64,000 bases of DNA from a virus, in IMG/VR virus record IMGVR_UViG_3300019776_000194, positions 20,395-84,394 of that record. One strand, 5' to 3'. This document shows, in pieces, positions 60,497 through 64,000 of the stretch. Made by a program: the position numbers and the translations under genes. Within the stretch, counting starts at the first letter, position 1. Each line of letters starts with the position of its first letter. The notes below the pieces were generated by a model. It was given only the letters and a program-made list of their open reading frames with translations. It did no database searches and was not told where the DNA came from.

Positions 60497-61206
60497 ATAA
60501 TATCAAAATGAATCAAGCACTATCCAATAAAGATTTTTCATCTTTTAAGAGTGTCGGGTACAAAGTTACAAATGCCAAAGATAAATTTCCAGAATTCTCT
60601 GGAATCAGAGTTATGATGATGCCATTCTATATCTATAATTTAGATAGTGTTCCTGAGAGTTTAAATAAATACAAACCTCTTATTAAGAAAATGCTAGATA
60701 ACAAGCCAGAGCATGTCAAGAGTTGGGATGAAAATACTGCATATCTCTCAATAGATGAGGGATTTGTGAAAGCGGGAGTTATTCAGCGTAAGTCTGGGCT
60801 ACATGTGGATGGTATGTATAACAATACATTAGCTGGTGCTTGGGGTGGTGGAGGAGGTGACGGTGGTGGATGGGGTAGCTGTACCAATGGGATGCTTCTA
60901 TGTTCAAACACAGATGATTTGTGCGTTATGTACACAGGGCATGTAGAAGGAGTTCCTATCAATGATGGAGATTGTGAGCACTTAAAAGACCAATTAAGTA
61001 ATTTGCAAGCATACTCACTACAAGCAGGTGATGTTGTGTGGGCAGATGGGCTTATGATGCATGAAAGCCTTCCTGCAAAAGAGGATGTTTATCGCCAATT
61101 CATCAGAATTTCCTTGCCAAATAATTCTCCTTGGTTTGAGGGATATACTGAGAATCCTCTAGGAGTGAAGCCCAGTGGTAAGATTTTGAAACAGCGCAGA
61201 ATTTGA
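60493..61206 (+). CDS. 2OG-Fe(II) oxygenase-like (double-stranded beta-helix) protein
   Basis: LHVDG (HxD) ... HESLP ... RQFIRI facial triad plus distal Arg; Gly-rich insert. Confidence 0.6.
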   Translation: MNNIKMNQALSNKDFSSFKSVGYKVTNAKDKFPEFSGIRVMMMPFYIYNLDSVPESLNKYKPLIKKMLDNKPEHVKSWDENTAYLSIDEGFVKAGVIQRKSGLHVDGMYNNTLAGAWGGGGGDGGGWGSCTNGMLLCSNTDDLCVMYTGHVEGVPINDGDCEHLKDQLSNLQAYSLQAGDVVWADGLMMHESLPAKEDVYRQFIRISLPNNSPWFEGYTENPLGVKPSGKILKQRRI

Positions 61207-61222
61207 ATAAGGAGATGAAATT

Positions 61223-61456
61223 ATGAACCATACTGTAAAATTCTCAGATATTGTCAACTTAGTAGCAGACTACAACAGTGCAATGTACGCACCACATAAC
61301 ATGTGTGTTCACTTGGGATGTGACTGCGGGTGTGGAGGCGATAGTTATACACCGGAAAGTTGGGATGATGAGTGTAAAGATGCTGACGAAGCTGTGCAGA
61401 GGGCTATTGATTGGTGTAATCTATATGGTGTTGAATATGATGGGATGGATGTATGA
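61223..61456 (+). CDS. Small Cys-rich hypothetical protein
   Basis: HNMCVHLGCDCGCGG cluster. Confidence 0.6.
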   Translation: MNHTVKFSDIVNLVADYNSAMYAPHNMCVHLGCDCGCGGDSYTPESWDDECKDADEAVQRAIDWCNLYGVEYDGMDV

Positions 61457-61628
61457 AACCATACATAGAATTTCCTGTTCACTACAAACCTCCTTCACAA
61501 GAAATGTTTGACGAAGCTAAGGCTTATGGAGAAGTGGTTACAACAGAGTCTGAAGGGTGGTCTGTTACAATTAGCTTCTATAAAGGAGTTTTCTATGTTC
61601 TTGATGTGGGAGTGACTGAAAATAATTC

Positions 61629-61657
61629 TTGACAGCTCAAAACATCTCTGCAATAAT
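61629..61657 (+). promoter_or_regulatory. Sigma70-type promoter for the recombinase gene
   Basis: TTGACA-17 bp-AATAAT. Confidence 0.65.
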
Positions 61658-61689
61658 GAGCACATATTAACGAATTAGGAGAAATTCAA

Positions 61690-62337
61690 ATGTCAAAACG
61701 TGTACTTTATGCTCGTGTCTCTCGTTCAGATCAATGCCCAGAAAATCAGATTTTTGAGCTTGAGGAATTCATTGGTGGTAAATTTGATGCTTATTATATC
61801 GACCACGGAATTTCAGGAGCTAAGAGCGTGTATGAACGTGCAGGGTTCTCTCGCATGATTCAAGAAGTAGATTCTAACACAACTATTTATAGCACTCGTG
61901 TAGACCGTTGGGGTCGTGGTTCTGGTAATACTATCTCGATTGCTGAAACACTCCTGAAACGTGGAGTAAAGATTAACATCCTCCAAATTGGTAAAGTCTT
62001 ACAAGGAGAAGATGATAAGATTGAGTTTGATATTCATGCTGTGTTAGCAGCTAATGAACTCAAGAGTATTAAGAAGCGTGTAATATCGGGATTGGCACGT
62101 CGAAAAGCTGAAGGGGTTATACTTGGCAAAAGACAAACAAACTCTCCAGACAAAATCAAAGCAATCCTATCAGACTTACAAGCTGGTGTTTCTCGTATGA
62201 ATGTAGCACATCGTCACCAAGTTTCTGAGAAAACTGTCAGCACATACAAGAAGCAATATTCTTGTGCAGAGGCTTTCATGGAGCTTGAAGCTAAGTGGGA
62301 GAAGCTACAACAACAAATCTCTTCTAAAACAATTTAA
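61690..62337 (+). CDS. Small serine recombinase (resolvase/invertase family) with C-terminal HTH
   Basis: YARVS (catalytic Ser), D.GISG...R, DRWGR, E...I..R..GL..R..G..LG.R, and HTH (SRMNVAHRHQVSEKTV). Confidence 0.9.
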   Translation: MSKRVLYARVSRSDQCPENQIFELEEFIGGKFDAYYIDHGISGAKSVYERAGFSRMIQEVDSNTTIYSTRVDRWGRGSGNTISIAETLLKRGVKINILQIGKVLQGEDDKIEFDIHAVLAANELKSIKKRVISGLARRKAEGVILGKRQTNSPDKIKAILSDLQAGVSRMNVAHRHQVSEKTVSTYKKQYSCAEAFMELEAKWEKLQQQISSKTI

Positions 62338-62352
62338 TATGAAAGGAAACAT

Positions 62353-62760
62353 TATGAACATTTACAACCCATTCAAAGAAAAGAACTTGTGCATGGATGA
62401 TATGAAGCACAATATCACAGGTCGTATGCAGGATTTAACACCTTTGGCAGCTCTGCAGCAAGCTAACGCTGAGAAGCTTGAGAAAGCTAAGGAGATACTA
62501 GGTGTTAAGTATATTCTTCACCCTGTTCATTCTGTTACACGTAAGGAGAATACATGTCAATAGTTCTATATGAGAAATGTCTAGCTGCTCATGATTGGGA
62601 ATTTGACAGAAGTGACGATTTCAGAGTGTATCGCAAAGGACGTGAAGAACTAGTACAACTACAACGTATGCAGAAGCTATATGACGCAGATTACACATTA
62701 TGGAACTATTATGCTCCAGAGGAGTTTAAAAAGAATATTGAGAAAGGGCTTGACACATGA
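62353..62760 (+). CDS. Two small hypothetical proteins (62353-62563, 62554-62760)
   Basis: ORFs with SDs; the second has an HDW...SDD motif. Confidence 0.6.
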
Positions 62761-62778
62761 TTTTAGATGCTCTATTAT
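62750..62778 (+). promoter_or_regulatory. Sigma70-type promoter
   Basis: TTGACA-17 bp-TATTAT. Confidence 0.65.
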
Positions 62779-63006
62779 TCGTTGCATACTTATTGCAATG
62801 TTATGCTGTGACAGCAATTAGTGTTGTATTATTTGTGGCTGTGCAGACAGCTTATACATATTTGAAGGGGAAGATATGAGTGACGTAGCCTTAAGAATAA
62901 TACCTGAATTAGCGAATGAGATATTAGAACTTCGTGAACGGGTAAAAGAATTAGAAGCAACTCTTGAAGCAATGAGTAAATTACTTAGCGTTAAGGAGCA
63001 CAAAGA

Positions 63007-63510
63007 ATGAACAGTGAATATGAAATGTCTGAAGAGGTTAGGAGCTTAGAGCAACAACTTGATTGTGCTACAGAGTTTTGTAGACAATATCAAATTGAGA
63101 ATAAGCAATTGAAAGAACGTGTTAAAGAATTAGAGAGCCAACCAGCACAAGAGCCAGTGAGTTCTAACGAACGTGTGAAGCAAGAGAGCTGGATTAGCGT
63201 TGAGGAACGATTGCCAGAAGTAAAGCACGAAGATTATGAGTTTGTGCTTGTAGCTGTTGATTCTGCGCACACTGGTAAAACGCATGTCTTTGAGGCCGCA
63301 TATTTAAATCAAGTTGAGGTCATGACAGAGGACGGCAACTACATATCTTTCACTGGATGGCATACAAGAACAGAGCATCCAGATTATGACGGATGGTATG
63401 AGTCGATTGGCAAAAATGGCGATGACCGAGTTGTCACGCATTGGATGGTTAAACCGCTGCCACCAGTGAGTCGTTCTGACGAACAACCAGTTAAAGGGGT
63501 GACGGAATGA
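63007..63510 (+). CDS. DUF551-domain protein
   Basis: WISVEERLP...VTHWM.KP.PP. Confidence 0.8.
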   Translation: MNSEYEMSEEVRSLEQQLDCATEFCRQYQIENKQLKERVKELESQPAQEPVSSNERVKQESWISVEERLPEVKHEDYEFVLVAVDSAHTGKTHVFEAAYLNQVEVMTEDGNYISFTGWHTRTEHPDYDGWYESIGKNGDDRVVTHWMVKPLPPVSRSDEQPVKGVTE

Positions 63511-63770
63511 ACCAAATGAAATATGTCGTACTAAAGCCAAATGACAAAGAATTGATTTTTATATTTCCAAAATCAATCGACCATGACAGATTTGTTGAAA
63601 CGATGGAATCAATGCGCTACGGATCAAGAAGCAATTGGGAAAGGCTGTATCCAAATCCAATATCAGCAGGATTCACGGACGGTAAAACATGCTTTGGTCG
63701 TAGCGAAACATTGAACCTAGATAGCCGAAAAGATGTTGATACGGCCTTGCTTAATGGTGCGCAACCATGA
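63507..63770 (+). CDS. Hypothetical protein
   Basis: MKYV...IFP..I.H...SAGF...C.GRSETL pattern; overlaps the DUF551 gene. Confidence 0.65.
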   Translation: MNQMKYVVLKPNDKELIFIFPKSIDHDRFVETMESMRYGSRSNWERLYPNPISAGFTDGKTCFGRSETLNLDSRKDVDTALLNGAQP

Positions 63771-64000
63771 CAGACAACAGTAAAGAGGGAGGCGACAAGT
63801 GAAAGAATTTAAATGTTGGTATTGCAGGCGCGTAATTCACCCGCTAGACGAGTTTCATCATCTTTGGTGCAACAGGTCTTGGGGTGCGTATAAAGAGGTC
63901 AATCATGACTAACACACGCACACTAAAGAGCCGCAATCAGCGCGAGGGATGGTATGCAGGGAAACACAGGGAAATTAACCCAGATAAAAACTGGTGGGAA

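Noticed and set aside
61690-62337. Serine recombinase as a prophage integrase
   Set aside because: 215 aa with HTH only; lacks the large recombinase and zinc-ribbon domains of serine integrases, and there is no lysogeny module or host DNA in the window
1-64000. Alternative genetic code (stop-codon reassignment)
   Set aside because: Core genes are full length in the standard code, and TAA, TGA and TAG all end genes at plausible positions

Overview
64 kb of an AT-rich, apparently lytic tailed dsDNA phage (long-tailed siphovirus-type morphogenesis genes; host probably a Gram-negative proteobacterium, inferred). Layout: (1) 1-6.7 kb, + strand: HNH endonuclease, class II ribonucleotide reductase, glutaredoxin and small accessory genes including an Acb2-type anti-CBASS sponge. 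(2) 6.9-38.5 kb, - strand: morphogenesis and lysis module (terminase, portal, S49 protease, scaffold, decoration protein, capsid, neck, tail tube, frameshifted tail chaperone, tape measure, tail tip and fibres, GH24 endolysin) with two free-standing GIY-YIG endonucleases. The terminase large subunit is split inside its Walker A motif by a 232-nt ORF-less group I intron, and an atypical tRNA-Met lies upstream. (3) 38.7-49.5 kb, + strand: PhoH, HNH, ClpP-like, NADAR, family-A-polymerase-like, metallophosphoesterase, HNH. (4) 49.8-58.8 kb: non-coding segments and leftward small early-type genes, possibly the genome end region. (5) 58.8-64 kb, + strand: S4-like, 2OG-Fe(II)-like, serine recombinase, DUF551. 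Most notable observation: a 94-nt hairpin in the terS-tRNA-terL leader displays three unpaired UUCUCCU motifs. These are complementary to the AGGAGAA Shine-Dalgarno used by more than 20 non-structural genes and by none of about 28 morphogenesis/lysis gene starts inspected. This suggests an anti-SD RNA switch in translation (hypothesis). All family calls come from motif recognition by eye; no searches were run.
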